Notes under the pieces: generated by a model
Told to the model about the DNA's origin: nothing
Seen by the model: the letters and a program-made list of their open reading frames with translations, nothing else
The model's database searches: none
Shown: positions 27,690 through 42,947 of the stretch, in pieces
Position numbering within the stretch: the first letter of the stretch is position 1
Layout: the number at the start of each line of letters is the position of its first letter
Translations under genes and position numbers: made by a program
NCBI GenBank assembly: GCA_025786725.1
Contig: JAHLTZ010000006.1
Span: 682,001 to 746,000, forward strand
Origin: Syncephalis fuscata S228
Lineage: Eukaryota > Fungi > Zoopagomycota
DNA: 64,000 bases
Direction: 5' to 3'

Positions 27690-28686
27690 TTAGTTATCAG
27701 CTAGTGAAAATTCATTGGCAGTCTCAGTTTGTGGGATATTTGGCGTATGAGTGGTTTTTGGACAGCTGGACAAAGTGGCTCTTCGCGTACCATTACAATG
27801 CCGTATTAGAATAGTTGAGGAAGTTACCCTAGTTAGAGTTAGTATTGCCATTCTACTAGCAAAATTATTAACGTTCTTACCAATCAACAAGGACAAATAT
27901 TTCGGATAAATCTCCAAATGCATCAAAAATAATAATTGCTCCACAAACTAGTTTGCATAACATCGCTAAACACATTACTTGAATGCCTTCACGTGCCAGC
28001 CTTCTCCAGGCGTCCGAGCCGAACATCCTGTACTGTTGGTGTGCAACGTAGGCAAAGATAGTTGTAAACATCAACTGGCTTGGTGCTTCAATGCCCATCC
28101 AGATCCATGGAAGATAGTATGGGTAGTAAAAGGTACACCCACGCTTTAGGTCGATGAGTATCGGACAAATTGCCCACGTAATTATAGAAATTATTATTTG
28201 TGGCAAAATAAATATTATTCCAACTATAAGAACCCATCGTTTTCGAAGTAGAATTAAGTATGCCTTTTGTAGTATTATAGCACTGTTGCACATCGAAGAA
28301 ATGGCAAGACCAAATGCCAAATACCAAATCGCCATTCGACAAGTAAGATATATATAGGACATTGCTAACATAACACACATGACCCAGGTAATACCAAATA
28401 TCGGCGATATGATACAAAACCAGCCTGAAAGCACGCGTGGGCGGCTTTTGATCATTTTAAAGGCAATGCCTAGATTATTGAAGAATATCCAGGCAAGAAC
28501 GATATTAATGAGTACCTGTCTTTGTAAGCCTTCAAGGCAGTCTTTTGGCGTCTTGGTTTGTGACTCTCGCTCTATTAGAACCGAAGGATCTATCTCACCG
28601 AGCGGATGCAGCGGAATACCAAGCACATATGTGGCGTTTACTAGCCATTTTGTACCGAGCTGGTCGTTATTGTAAAAGACGGGCAT
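27690..28686 (-). CDS. Putative multi-pass (7TM-like, GPCR-like) membrane protein; short 3' intron
   Basis: 269-aa ORF with about 6-7 hydrophobic segments and Cys in a loop (CPILIDLKRGC). It ends at a GTAAG donor near 27880 and continues in the ORF ending at 27690. Confidence 0.7.
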
Positions 28687-30049
28687 AGAATTAAAAACAA
28701 ATGCAAATTTAAGGGCTAGAAAGTTGAGCTTGAAACAGAATTAATGTATATATGTGCCAGATAACTAACAAAATGTAAAAATACAAGGTTAAGTCTCAAG
28801 TTGCTAAGTAGTGCAACATGTAACTACCTCAGGCGCTACCATCTCAATACAACGGTTGGTAATTAAATCAAGTACCTCGCATATTGGAGATATTCATTTA
28901 TTTGGGGATACGCTAAGGCGAGACGCCCTATGCCTGCATTTGGTTCATCATGCACGAGGCCACCAGTTGGATAATAGACATGCGTAGCCGATAAAACGAT
29001 ATCATAATTTGTACTGCATAAATGTCGACACCATTTAACATCAAAACAGGAGTGTAGCACAGATAAATTAACGAACGCTTTTGGACAAAAACCATTACTG
29101 CAGTTACCGACTTTAATCGATTTTACTGAGCAGAAAGTGAATATTTCAGTATATCATTTACCGCTTATTCTTTGCATTGTACATTAAATGAAGCAATATG
29201 CATCCGCCATGCTACAGACATATACAGAAGTGGTGGGCATGCTGCAGTAGCCAACCCTGCAAAAGGCTGAATTGGAAGTATAGGACTGTATTGCAGTGTG
29301 AAGACTAAGCGGCATATTCATTATGAAAATAGGCGAATCACAAAGATAACAAAGAAATTGCTGCAAGGATGCAAGATCGGTACTGATAACCACATGGACA
29401 GGCAGAAACTGTACCACCAATGAGGTCTAGACCAAACAGATAGTTTTGTTTGTAGTTTTAAATAATTGCCCTTCATTAGTTTACAAGCTATGAACAACAG
29501 TCCATTGGTGGCAGGAATAATGCCGATAAACTTTGTCAATGGTACTAAAAATAAGCACCTTAGTTTGATCGGCATGCGCAATGTAACAACAATACATTGT
29601 AGTTATAGATTATTGCTAAATAAAGCAGGTTTATATATATATGTAATAGTAATATGGTCTATTTAAATCGTTAATTGTAACTTAATAATAATAACAAACA
29701 ATTTTTTGTCACAAATATCACATACGTAGTATTAGTTATTGCTCACAAGACATTATTCTTGAAAGTAATAAGTTTATATATTATGCAAAATATTGTAAAT
29801 AGAAATTTCTTGGGTGGCAGTTCACCATAAATGCATGTTGATGCTTTGCAATACACGATCTAGCAAATGCTTGTGCAAATATTTCTAGCAATTATACGGT
29901 GCTACTGCAAACTACCGCATGATCTATAGATATAGACTGCCAAATAAAGTAATGCTGTATTGCGACAAGCACACATAATTGTAAGCTAGAATTTAGATAT
30001 TATCCGTTAACTGAATAGATTCTGCGTAAGAATTTGATATGGTATTAGT

Positions 30050-31554
30050 TTATTTACTTTTACACAAGCATGATGGAGTTTTCCCGAGTATGCCGGCACA
30101 AAGATTTTCAACTGCTGTAACTGCCATTGCATTGCGTGTCTCATGCGTTGCACTAGCAATGTGTGGTACAACAATGCAGTTTTTTAGTAATAGTAATTCG
30201 TGATTTGCTGGCAATGGTTCGGGCACAGCTACATCCAAACCGGCACCGTATAACCGGTTTTCTTTCAGTGCTCGCACAAGTCCATCTTGATCAATAACAC
30301 CGCCACGTGCTGTATTTACCAATATTGATGACGATTTCATTGCGCAGAATTCATTGTAGCCAAGTATATTGCGTGTTGTATTATTAAGACTACAGCAAAC
30401 ACAGAGAATGTCCGATTCTTTTAACAATGTATCCAGCGACACAAATTCGCCATTGACCTCGTCTGCTTCTGGACGCGGCGAGTTACCGTGATACAGAATA
30501 CGACCTACGTTGAATGCACGCAATCGTTTTGCCGTAGCCAAACCAATGCGTCCCATGCCAAGAATGCCGACAGTCTTGCCTCCGATGTGCATTCCTGATC
30601 ATTTTTTCAGTTAATTTAATATTATATAAATTTAATTGCACTAACCTCGTATCCAACTCTGTAGCCATACTCCTTCCTTATAGTAATATTAATAACTGCA
30701 AACATCAACCCATTTAAAAAATACCTTTTCCATTCGTGCCGCATCAATGGCCTATTGCCAATGCATCAATAATAGGAATTGTGAACATATCATTTTCCTA
30801 CCTCATTGAGCCTTCGAGCAACTGCCAATACCAGGGTAACAGTAAGATCAGCACTGGCGTCAGTAAGCGCATCAGGTGTATTACATACGGTAATACCGTG
30901 AGTTTGAGCTGTTTCTACATCAATATGATCAAAGCCGGCCGACATGGTTGATACAATCTAAATAAGCGTTAATCCAGCTATTTTCTAGCGTATTGTACTA
31001 ATCAGCATACTTTTAAGCTGGTTCCTTATTATTTAAAAAGTATGTTTGGTATTAGTGATAATGTTTAGATCAAACAATATGATGGAGCTGCGTACCTGCA
31101 TATGTAAGTACTTCTTTATTGATCGGCAAATCTACTTTGCATAGTATACCGTTTACGCCTGTAAGTAACAAGGCCATTAAATTAGATCTACGTATATGAT
31201 GCGCTAATAAAAGCACGCTACCTTTTTTTAACAGTTCATAAAATGTTTGCTGTGAAATAATTTGTTCATGCTCCCATTGCTCAATGATCCATCCGTATTT
31301 CCTATTTATTTGTTAATAATGGTAATAATTCATTTATATTCTTACCTTGCCCTCTCATTCAGCAGTTTCTGTCCTTCATGTGGAAGCGGAAATGTAACTA
31401 CTATCCGCTGTGTATTTTGAATTGGCGATCGTTTAATTCTTGATGATTTACAATTTGTAAGTGATCTGCTAAAAGGTACGAGTATATCGCGTGCCAGAAG
31501 AATGTTTGATTGACCGAAAGTACCGGTGATTTGCTTGGTGCTTATTTCTTCCAT
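30050..31554 (-). CDS. Glyoxylate reductase / D-2-hydroxyacid dehydrogenase family, copy A
   Basis: GILGMGRIG Rossmann motif, VNTARG, AGLDV, PEPL, PHIAS. Multi-exon N-terminus. Confidence 0.88.
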
Positions 31555-32152
31555 TTTAAAGAGTTATAATAGTAATATTGTGTATTAAATTGCTGATCTG
31601 AACGGTAAGAAAATTATGCTAAAGCGTAGACGTAGACAAAACTCCACATACCTAACTGCTTTTAAATTAATCTCATCAATAAATAGCCTCTTTGCATTAA
31701 GCATATGCGCGAGATATCCAATGCCTCAGGGGCAATACCAAGTCTATGTAAACTAAGGCTTCGCTAGGGGGTAGCGTTAAGGAGATTGATTGTCTGATAT
31801 TGTGGCGTACCAAATCACAGTCATTAAAATTTGACTATACGGGTGTGTAGTTTAATGCATTCTATTGTTATGCAGTAGTGACCATTAATCGAATATAAAA
31901 GCATTTACATTACATTGCATGTATTTATTTAGCAATGCTTTAAAAATGGCCAATTGTTTTATTGAACATTACATAATGTTTGCAATGGTTTTTATGCAAA
32001 TTTGTCTACTAACATATGCAAAAATGCTAACAATATTTATTTAAATAATAGTATAGATAGTTAGAATAATAGCTAAATAATAAAATCATATACTCAATGA
32101 AATTATTAAACTTTTAAATGGTTTATAATAAAACATATGTACATGGCATTGA

Positions 32153-33607
32153 TTACAATGAATAAGGTAATGGTTTTGCCATTAATCCAGCGCAAAGATT
32201 TTCAACAGCAGTAACCGCCATTGTGTTGCGTGTCTCGTGCGTTGCACTAGCAATGTGCGGTACAACAATGCAATTTTTTAACGACAATAACTCATGATTT
32301 GCCGGCAATGGCTCAGGTATTGCTACATCTAGACCGGCACCGCATATCTGGTCTTCTTTCAGTGCTCGTACAAGTCCATCTTGATCAATAACACCGCCAC
32401 GTGCTGTATTTACCAATATTGATGACGATTTCATTGCGCAGAATTCATTGTAGCCAAGTATATTGCGTGTTGTATTATTAAGACTACAGCAAACACAGAG
32501 AATGTCCGATTCTTTTAACAATGTATCCAGCGACACAAATTCGCCATTGACCTCGTCTGCTTCTGGACGCGGCGAATTACCGTGATACAAAATACGACCT
32601 ACGTTGAATGCACGCAAGCGTTTTGCCGTAGCCAAACCAATGCGTCCCATGCCAAGAATGCCGACGGTTTTGCCTCCGATGTGTGTTCCTATTTAATGAA
32701 TATTAGTTATGTTACAGCATCACTAAATTTTCATACCCAAAATCCAGCTTTGCTCCCAAGTTCCTGGCTAAGTTATTTAAAAAAATGTTAAAAGCGGTGT
32801 AAAATAATTACAGTTGTATACTTACTCTGCCTTCACGCACAGCATCAATGGCCTGAATGATAATGACAGTTAATGTATATTTTAGTTACTTTTTATTATT
32901 ACCTCGTTTAGTCTGCGTGCAGTAGCCAATACTAGCGTCACTGTCATATCTGCGCTGGCATCTGTAAGAGCGTCGGGAGTGTATCCTACTTGGATGTTAC
33001 GCTTTTTGGCAGCTTTTAGATCAATATGATCATAACCGACCGACATGGTCGAAACCACCTATTGATTAGCCAATTTAGCTAGCCTACACTTTATTGAACG
33101 TGCTTCGAATCTATTATACCTTCAGTTCGTTTCCTGCATTGACGTCAATAGGAAGAAACCAAGCTATATAAAAAACACTTACCTGCCTCGTAAAACATAT
33201 CGTTTCCAATAGGTACGCCTAGTTTACAAATAATTCCATTTGGTTTACTTGCAGACAGGGCAAGTAAAAGATTGCAGGGAATCGTTGTATCTTTTCTCCA
33301 TTGTATCAGAGACCAGCCATGCTGCCTATCACTACTGTTAGCATAACTAGATTATCGAGTATTTTGGCACTTGCTTCACTCTGTCCTCCAAAACACGCTG
33401 GCCATCAGGTGGAAGGTAGTAAGTGGCTAGAATGCGCGGGCTACTGGGTTTACTTCCGGGCGTAACATGAACATATTTGGACAAATCCTCAGCTTGAAGT
33501 AGCAGATCTGGTGGTGTTGCAATATGCGCAATAGATAGCTCTTTGGTCGTTATGTCATGCTGTAAAATGATATCGAGAACGCTTGGTGTTTGTGTTGTGT
33601 GCTTCAT
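32153..33607 (-). CDS. Glyoxylate reductase / D-2-hydroxyacid dehydrogenase family, copy B
   Basis: [35 protein letters not shown]. Confidence 0.88.
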
Positions 33608-33943
33608 ATTGGTGAAATATATTACCACTGAACGATGTGTTTGCAAAAAAACAGCTAAACGCTTTCGCAAATTTATACTAAAGCTTTTGCAATAACTTAT
33701 TTTAAATATGAAGGCTTAGTAACCATTGCCAAGTTATACAAAATATAGATAACGCTGATACTCATGTTATTTAAATTTATTGGCTCGGCAATTTACACGA
33801 AATTAAATAAATTTAGTATTTGCCAGCAATAAGTTGGGCTGAAGTAAAAGCCGGTCTATTTAGTTTCGCTTGGTTTATAAAATAATTACAACGTTTTTAA
33901 ATTGTATCAATTTTGCCTTGATATAGGCTTATTGGCGGTTTAT

Positions 33944-35184
33944 TATAGCCGACATATTAATGAGCTCCAGAAACACCAGCACAGAGATTCTCCACAGTTA
34001 GTATAGCCATTTCATTATAAGTTTCAACAGTGGCACTACCAATATGTGAAAGTACTGTGCAATTTTAAGACTTAGTAGGGGATAATTGGGCGGCAATGGC
34101 TCGGGAGTGGTGATGTCCAAGCCAGCCGCAGCAATACTCAACTCCTTAAGTACGCGCAATAGTCCATCCTGTTCAATGATGCCACCACGGGCTGTATTCA
34201 CAATGATAGATGTTGATTTTATTTAGCAGAAATTATTTTAGCAGCTGCTTATACAAAACAATTTCACTATTCATTTCAGTTACTTCAGGCCATGGTGCGC
34301 AATTATAATAAATAATACGGTTTATTCCAAATGTTCCCATTTCTTTGCTGTTGCCAAACTAATACGGCCATACTAAATACACTTAAAGTTTTGCCGCCAA
34401 GATCTATTCCTATGGCGATAGTTAGAACAGATGCTATTCACACTAGATGACGTACCAAGAAGCCATGTTGCATTTCCTAAGACCCACGACAATCGGCTTA
34501 CAAATTAACTATTATTAATAAATTGGATTACAAATGACTTACTGTTCCATTTTTCACGGCATCGATTGCCTATCATTTACAAATAATTGTCACCATCTTG
34601 GTATTAGCTGTATTAGTGTAATCACCTTATCCAAGCGATGAGACACGGCTAATGCCAATGTCACGAGCAGATTGGCCGTAGCATCAGTCAGTACATCTGG
34701 TGTATGGCCAACTTAAATACCGCATTGTTTCACATACTCAAAATTAATGTTCATAGCCCACGGCTATTGTAGATATCACCTAAAATAGCATGTGAAGTAG
34801 CAGCATCTTACAGTTAATTGATATTCTGACCTTTAATCGCTCACTTATATCTACTCTATTAGCTATTATAGCAGTTTATATTCTACTGCCTACCAGCAAG
34901 TTTAATTAACTTTTTATCAATAGTATTTGCTCCTCTGTATACTATTTCATCAACTCATTAAAACTATATTAAAATCAGCACAAAGATACACATATATTAT
35001 TTGCCTGGTGTCACTACGTTGAATAATTTTTTACAAGTCATTGGTGTTGCATTTTGAATTGGTTCCCAGCCATGTTCACTATTCAATGATTAAATGGTTT
35101 TTTAGCGTAAATGTCACTTGCATATTTTTCACGCATTTTCTGCCCAGCCTATGCTAAAATAGAATTTGCTACGATACGTATCAT
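33944..35184 (-). pseudogene. Decayed glyoxylate-reductase copy C
   Basis: Colinear with copy D but carries in-frame stops (MIRIVANSILA*), deletions around 34230-34300 and several frameshifts. There are too many lesions for sequencing error alone. Confidence 0.8.
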
Positions 35185-35550
35185 TGTTGCTAGTTTGCAG
35201 ATATATGAAAGTAAAAGCAAAGAGATATAAGTTTTACAATAGTTAAACCAATGCAAATATTTTATTTAAAGTAACGCTGTAATTCAATAGTGGCTGCTAC
35301 ACGAATTACAGTTTTGAAGCAGGTAAAGCAACAAAGCAACGCTTATAAATAAATACAACTTTTTTAAAAATATGCTAAAACTTATTATTTTCTATCTAAA
35401 TGCAAAATAGCGTTTGGAATATGGCAAAGTTTAGAATATGAAGCTGAATGTAAGAAAAGTTAATAATTACTAAATATAATAATAACTATATTAACAAAAT
35501 ATGTTGTGATAAGATCTAGCTAAATGCTAATAAAAATCATTAACAGTTTA

Positions 35551-36875
35551 TTATAGTCCACGTATTACTGGGGATCCAGAAACACCGGCACAGAGATTCT
35601 CCACAGTTAGTATAGCCATTTCATTGCGAGTTTCAACAGTGGCACTACCAATATGTGGCAATACTATGCAATTTTTGAGACTTAGTAGGGGATGACTGGG
35701 CGACAATGGCTCGGGAGTGGTGACGTCCAAGCCTGCTGCACCAATCTTCTTTTCTTCAAGTGCACGCACCAATCCATCCTGCTCAATAATGCCACCACGA
35801 GCTGTATTCACAACGATAGATGTTGATTTCATCTGACAGAATTGTTCGTAGCCTAGCATGTGCTTGGTACTTTCAGTGAGACTGCAGCAAATACACAGAA
35901 TATCCGATTGTTTTAGTAGCTGCTCAAACGAAACAAGTTCGCCATCCACCTCCGCTGCATAGGAACTTGATGAGCGATTATAGTAAATAACACGATTCAT
36001 GCCAAATGCCTTCAGCCTTTTTGCTGTTGCCAAACCAATACGCCCCATACCAAGTATGCCTAGTGTTTTGCCACGAAGTTCCATTCCTATGGCAATAGTT
36101 AGGATAGATGCTATTTATAATAGGTAGCATACCAAGAAGCCATGTTGGATCCCATGTCGTCCACTGCAGTCAGCTTGTAGATTAATTGCTATTAATAAGT
36201 TGGATTACAAATGACTTACTGTTCCATTTCTCACGGCATCAATTGCCTATCATTTACAATTGTTATTATTTGATAATAGCTATACTAACACACTTACCTC
36301 GCCCAAGCGGCGACATATAGCCAGTGTCAATGCCACGGTCAGATCGGCCGTAGCATCAGTCAGCACATCTGGTGTATGGCCAACTTGAACACCGCACTGT
36401 TTTGCATACTCAAGATCAATGTGATCATAGCCCACACTAAGTGTAGCTATAACCTAAAGTACGATGTAAAACAAAAAGCATTCCACAATCGACCAATACA
36501 CTAACCTTTAGTTGTTGACCTATATTCGTCTTATTAATTATAATAGCAACTTTATATCCTACTACTCACCAGCAAGGTCTATAATCTTTTTATCAATAGT
36601 ATTTGATGATTTGCACACTATTCCATCGACTCCTTAAGTTCATACTGAGATCAATACATACAAATAGAAAAAGATATACATATTATTTACCTAAAGCCAC
36701 TGCTTCAGCTATTCGTTCATAAGTCATTGCAGTGCTGTCTTGAATTACTTCCCAGTTGCGTTCACTATTCAATAGTTAAACAGTTTTCTTAGTAAAATGT
36801 CACTTACCTTGCATATTTTTCAAACAACTCCTGTCCAGCTGGGGGCAGTATATAAGTTGCTACGACGCGAACCAT
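35551..36875 (-). CDS. Glyoxylate reductase / D-2-hydroxyacid dehydrogenase family, copy D
   Basis: MVRVVATY start, [50 protein letters not shown]. Confidence 0.9.
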
Positions 36876-37232
36876 TGTCGGTAATATGTTGGTATGTGAA
36901 AATAGAAAATAGAAAATGTTACGACAATTAAATCAATAAACGTACGTCATCGTTTACATTTAGTTCAAGATGGTGCTACATATAATTCGTATGACATTTG
37001 CTGTTGATGCAAATTAAATATAGATGCAAGAGTCGTACTTTGTTCTTGTTATTGCCGTAGAAAAGCATCGAATGTGTATATTAGCTATAGATTATATTGT
37101 ATTTTCATGTTAAACAGTCAGCAAACCACTGTATCATCTGTTATTTTGCAATCATTTCTTATAAATATAATTCACTGTAACATCAAACATTTAAAATTTA
37201 CTAATACATAAAAAAGATAGTGCTGTAGCCGT

Positions 37233-38495
37233 TTATTTGCCGATAATGCCTGCAGAGAATCCTGTTTGGAATTTAAAAATAACACCCGGCCAGCACCAGC
37301 CAGCAGTAGGCAACAGTGCTAGCACGGATGGTAATATAATACGTATATCCATTGTTATAAAAGTATGTATTGGGTCAACATGGGCCAATATGAGATGATA
37401 GGCAACAATAGGCAATATGCTAATTATATTTGCCAATAATATCTTGATTTGTAGCCTTTTTCTCTCTACAATATCGCCTCGTATAGCCCAGACGTTACTG
37501 TAATCGACAATCATCCATATACATATCGTCAATCCGGTCAGCAGACAAATTGTAACCAGCCAAGCACCAATCATTTGCATTAACGAAGCATCCAATGTAT
37601 ACACCGTGCCGAGTGTTCCTTGCGAAGCCGCAAGTGCAATTTTTCGAATTAGTAACGCGGTGCCACTGATGTACAGTATTGTGCCAATTAAAGTTACCGG
37701 CAAGGCAGCGTAGTAAAGGCCCTTAGCCGCTGCATAAACTCTACTGGATAGCTCATCTTTAGTCGATAGCGCCCTAATTGATAAATTATATTAGCTATTT
37801 ATTAAGTTAGAATTAAGCAACCTACCACCAACGTAATAGTAGTAAATTAAGAAGTACAAGCAATGACGTAGATAGCTGCTGTATAGCATCCGACCATTCT
37901 ACCATCGGAACTATTTGTACTTCTTTTTTGCCATTGTTTTGTGTATTGCTATCATACATTGGTGGAGTAACAGTTGGTTTGATAATTGGATGAAGGGTCA
38001 ATACTTTGGTTGGGGGTGGTTGTACCGCTGGATTAACTGCATTATCGAACTGACGTCGTACGAATTGAGGCTGCCAGGTGTCTTTTGACGATAAAGTTTC
38101 ATCCAGTTTCAATCGGGATGCGCCCTTGGCTGATGCCAACTGAAAACTATCTGTATTTCTCAAAATCTTATTGACGATTGCTGGCGGTTTTTGTTCACTT
38201 GAAAGGGCCGGATCTGCAAAATTTGATTTTGCTTCCGCGTTAGCTACAGCATTCGGACTTGCGTTAATATCCGTAAACAGTACAATAACTGACGCCGTAA
38301 TACGAGCTAGATGAATAAAACTGTATTAGTAAAAAAGATTGCATTATTGCTTGCTAGTAATTATTTACCAAATATCAGTAGTGCTAATAATAAATAGACA
38401 TACAGTTTTTTATGTCGGTAGAAATAGCATATGGGCAGAGCCAATAATGCCGTGTAGATGCACGTTGCCACCAATGGAACAATGTTGAGGGCCAT
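37233..38495 (-). CDS. Hypothetical multi-pass membrane protein (3 exons)
   Basis: Hydrophobic first exon MALNIVPLVATCIY..., a hydrophilic loop exon and a hydrophobic last exon, joined by short GT-AG introns. Confidence 0.6.
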
Positions 38496-40900
38496 TTGTA
38501 GCAAGTGTTTTTAGTACGTAAATATCGTTAATATGGCTTAGATGGAAGAGTAATAATATGTGCTAGTTAATTGATATCGCCTTGGTTTAAATCATAAAGT
38601 AATTGCCGCGGCTGTCTGGGCCTCCACACAGTAGCACCCGTGGATAAAATTGCGTAATGTTTTATCGTAAAAAATAAAAAAGATATTGTTGAATACGAGA
38701 CGGAAAAGGAAAGAAAAACGTGCACACTGCACCTAACTGAATGGAAAGTGGAAAGCTGGCGAGAGCGCTATCTACGTGGCGTAAAGAAAGGAGAGTGTGA
38801 GAATTTGACTTGAACTTCCAGCCGGAGGTGTTCTTGCTGATTATATATCATCAAAGTGCAACAGGAGATGGTAGCACGTTATTGAGAATCCATTGCCTTT
38901 TTCCGGCAAAAAATATATTTTTTAGGAGTTGTATAGTATATATGTAAATGTACACGTGTAACTAATTTAAAACAGATGGAAACTGGCCAATTCGCTTGAT
39001 ATTTACCATTAGTAGCACGGCAATCAAAAAAAGCAACAAGGCAACAGTCCTTAGAACTATTTTAGTACAGGGACAGCTTTAAAACACCGTAGAAATCGAT
39101 AGATAGTTTGTGTATTACATGATGTCATGATTTAATCAATAACAACACTATAAATCGTCGTTACATATAAATAAATTTATATTTCAATCACAGCTTATCT
39201 AGATTGAATTAATGGAAAGCATAAGTACCATTTCAGTTATTAAAAAACATGTTAGTGACTGCGAAATCTTATGGTTTATCTTGACCCCCATATTAACTTG
39301 TTAAATTAATTGAATTTATTAGCTATTTATTATCATTTTGAGGATTGCGTAATTATTTAATGGCATTCGTTTTATTGAACATGATGGCGGGTGGTGAATG
39401 ACATTAGTTATCAAAATACTTATCTTTAATTATCCAGTACGTATATATCCTATATATCTATATTGTTATGCCTATACTACTATATATCATTTTATGCCAT
39501 GTGTAGAAAGATTAATCAAATATTAATAAAAGCCATTGATTGCGATTCCATATCGTTCCGCAGTTGTTATTGTTGTTACTAAGTAGAGTGTGGTTTTTTC
39601 TATTTTCCAATCTTCTACCGTTGCATTTTGGGCATATCTACAATGTAAGATACTTGTCTATGATGGCAGGAAGGTAGGACGACTAACATTTCTGATATTC
39701 ACCATTCTCTTAAGCATTCTTAGTATTAACTTGGTAGGCACAGTTTATTTGTCTACCATTGATGAAGCAAATGGCCTCCACCATATGCAATAATGATAGG
39801 TTGAGTGTCTTCACCAGGAAGATCTTGTGGCGACAGTTGTAACTAGAATATACGGCATGCCGTTGAGGTTACTTGAACAGATGTTAATGTAAAATAAGAG
39901 AAATAAAGCCTAGAGACTGAATAACGTTCTTTATTAATGTTCAAATATGCATGTTACTTATATTGTTATATTCGGCATTATTATATAATATATTACCGAA
40001 TAGAACAATAAATAGTAATAAAAAATGGTGAAAGGAGTAAATAAAAGATATGGAAGGCAAAGTACAGTAAAACCATTAAGTCTATTTAATACCAAAAGCC
40101 GTTGTTATAAAACATACTATCAATAAACTACTAAGTGTAATAAAAATGCAATCAAGCCAATGTTTCTTAAAGACAAGTGTAGTCATAGAAGGTGTCATTA
40201 TTAAAATAATGAAATATAGTCATATTATAGACGATGAAGCAATAGACCAATGATTTATATGAATGAATAAATAATGCGATGTTAATACCAGCAGAAACAT
40301 GCACTGTATATTCAGTACAATGGCCAGTGGTGAACCAAGGTCTTCTAATTTCTTACTATCTATTAGTATAAGAAATCAAACTGACACTGTTGCATCAACA
40401 TTACAATCAAATGTAGCATTTTATTGTAAGTAGCATGGAATACTATTTAACATTTATTAACACTAATATTAAGTATAGAAAATAGTGCAGATTAATTAAA
40501 ACTTTGATTAATTCAATCGGAGTTGATATGGCACTGCTTCAACAAACCACTTCTCAGTAGTAAAAGCTGATTGACGATTTAATATTCAAATTATTGATCT
40601 CTTTGTCCCAGTTTAAAGCTAGGGGCTCAAAGTAAAATAGTTTTATAATTAATAATGATTACTGTCCCCACACACACCAACGATAACACTATTGGTGTTA
40701 TGATGTTTTTACTAAAGGCCAGCTGCAGTATAGCCTTAGTGCATGGATTTCATGACAGTCGTGATAGCTTTTGGCCCCATGTATTGATGTCCTTCCTATT
40801 TGCCCTCTATCTTTGTCCTTAGTTTCTGACATTTGGTAGGGTGGTTTTACAGTATATTTTTAGTCAATTAAATAGCCTTACTCTAACAAGCAATACACCA

Positions 40901-42630
40901 ATGGATACCAGTCAATGGACGAGACAAACAAACGTCACACCGACAGTCTCTTCTTTTTCGCAAGCATCGCATAACAGCAACCTTGACCGCCGCAACATAG
41001 GGGAAACAGCTAGCACAGGTGGCTATAGCGCTTTATCTAGCTCGGGTACCGCTTATGCTAATCAACAAACGGCGGCAGTTGTAGCTCCGTCGTGTTTATT
41101 TGGTAGAAATACAAGGGCATCCGTAGGATCACATTTGCCAGATACTTACGCCATGAATACATTTGAATCAGTAGCGCCGCGTGAATCATATCGCTCGACC
41201 GATACACGCGCGATACCATCAACGCCAGCTAATATTGCTAATGCCGCTGCTATGGCACACGTACAGCTTTTACTACGCATATCAACCGTTTATTGCTATA
41301 CGGTGATTGATGAGCGTTACTATCATTTGGCCTCTGGTCGACTTCTACTCCACCGTATTGCTATACCCAACGTAAACGAGTCCAATGCCCCGCCCCTTTA
41401 TGATATTGTATTTTTAACGATAGGCGACGGATTACAGCTGCCGCTGCAGCATGACGGTCGTGCATGGCAAAGCGACCAAATGTGCTGGGTAGTACCAATA
41501 GCCGGCCGCTGCTCCAACGTGCATATCCGTTTTAATTTGCAGTAAGTAGCAGACATGGGAGAAGCCAATAATAGCATCGGCTAACTAAGCCTAATAGAAC
41601 ACCACAGATAAGGATTGATGAATGGCAGACATTATTAAGTCGATATACAATTTACGAATTGGATTCATGGTCCCATTATGAATTTGATGAGGATTGGCTA
41701 TTTCCCACGACCCTGCTAGAACCGCTACCTACCTATGAATACGTTGTAAGTGAGTATATATTTAACTAGCATTACTGATCAGCTGGTATACCAGCTATTG
41801 GAGAAAAGTTTCCAATGGCGTTTAGCCGGATGGGCTGGAGATTGGCTGGTTGGCACGTCTAACACAATTGCCAATCGAATGCGCCAAATAGGGGATACAG
41901 TGGGCATGTTCGCGTATCTGTAAGCTATTTAAAGCAATCATGAGGCTTTATTAACCGAATACACCCATTTGCAGTATGACAAGACAAACAAAACAAAACA
42001 GATCGATCCATGCTAGACCCGAGTTACATGGGCATCAAAACCACCATACTAATCACCATCAAGTAAACGAGCATAGCTGTTTAGATATTGAATCTGCTTC
42101 AGTAGAGTCAAATACGTCTTTTTATATCTCGCCTAGTACTCGTGATTACACACTAGCTATTGCTCGTCAAACTGGACAGATTACCCAAGGTATTTTATTA
42201 TATTTGTATAAAATAGATTTTAACTGTGCTTTAGCTGTATTTTCATTTGGTCATGGCACGCTAAAGTGTATATCAGAATCGGTATTTGGAATACAGCGTG
42301 AAACTATAGTAAGATTTTATTAACTATTGGTTATTTTATAGCTAACAGTAAACTAGATGTATTCCTCGTCACTCGAGCGTATACGTGGCCAAATGGGCGA
42401 GGCTTTGAACGTTTTATGGAAAGGCATGGAAGAAGGGACACAATCGGCAACTAGCAGTATTTTCAATAGCGCCGTCGACTTATTAGAACAAAGGTAATGA
42501 ATATATCTATATATCGTTTTATGTCTATATAATAATTTAAAATACTAATAGATACGGCCCAAATGCCAGTCGATTCCTAAAAGAAACTGTTACAGCCTTT
42601 TTACAAGAAAAAGTACTAGAAAATACATAG
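40901..42630 (+). CDS. Senescence/spartin-domain-like protein (multi-exon)
   Basis: Long first exon. C-terminal helical region ALNVLWKGMEEG...AVDLLEQRYGPNA resembles the senescence domain (recognised from memory, no search run). Confidence 0.6.
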
Positions 42631-42947
42631 CATAGCATAATTGTGCATAATTTAAAGAAATGCCACATTTATATAATTTAATATCAATTATTTATTTTAG
42701 AATAATTATCTAATTTATTTGTCTAATAAAACCATTGTTCATAATTGATGCCATTTTATTTAATGTACTAACAATACATTTTAAATAGCTAGCATTACTT
42801 AAGCTACAACACAACTATATAGTAACCAACACAATAGTCTATGCAAACATTACACTTATTATTAATACGCATACTTTTGATAGTACTAATAAACAATCTA
42901 GTAGTATTTATTGAATATAAATTTGTATAAGTATATATATCTCTCTT

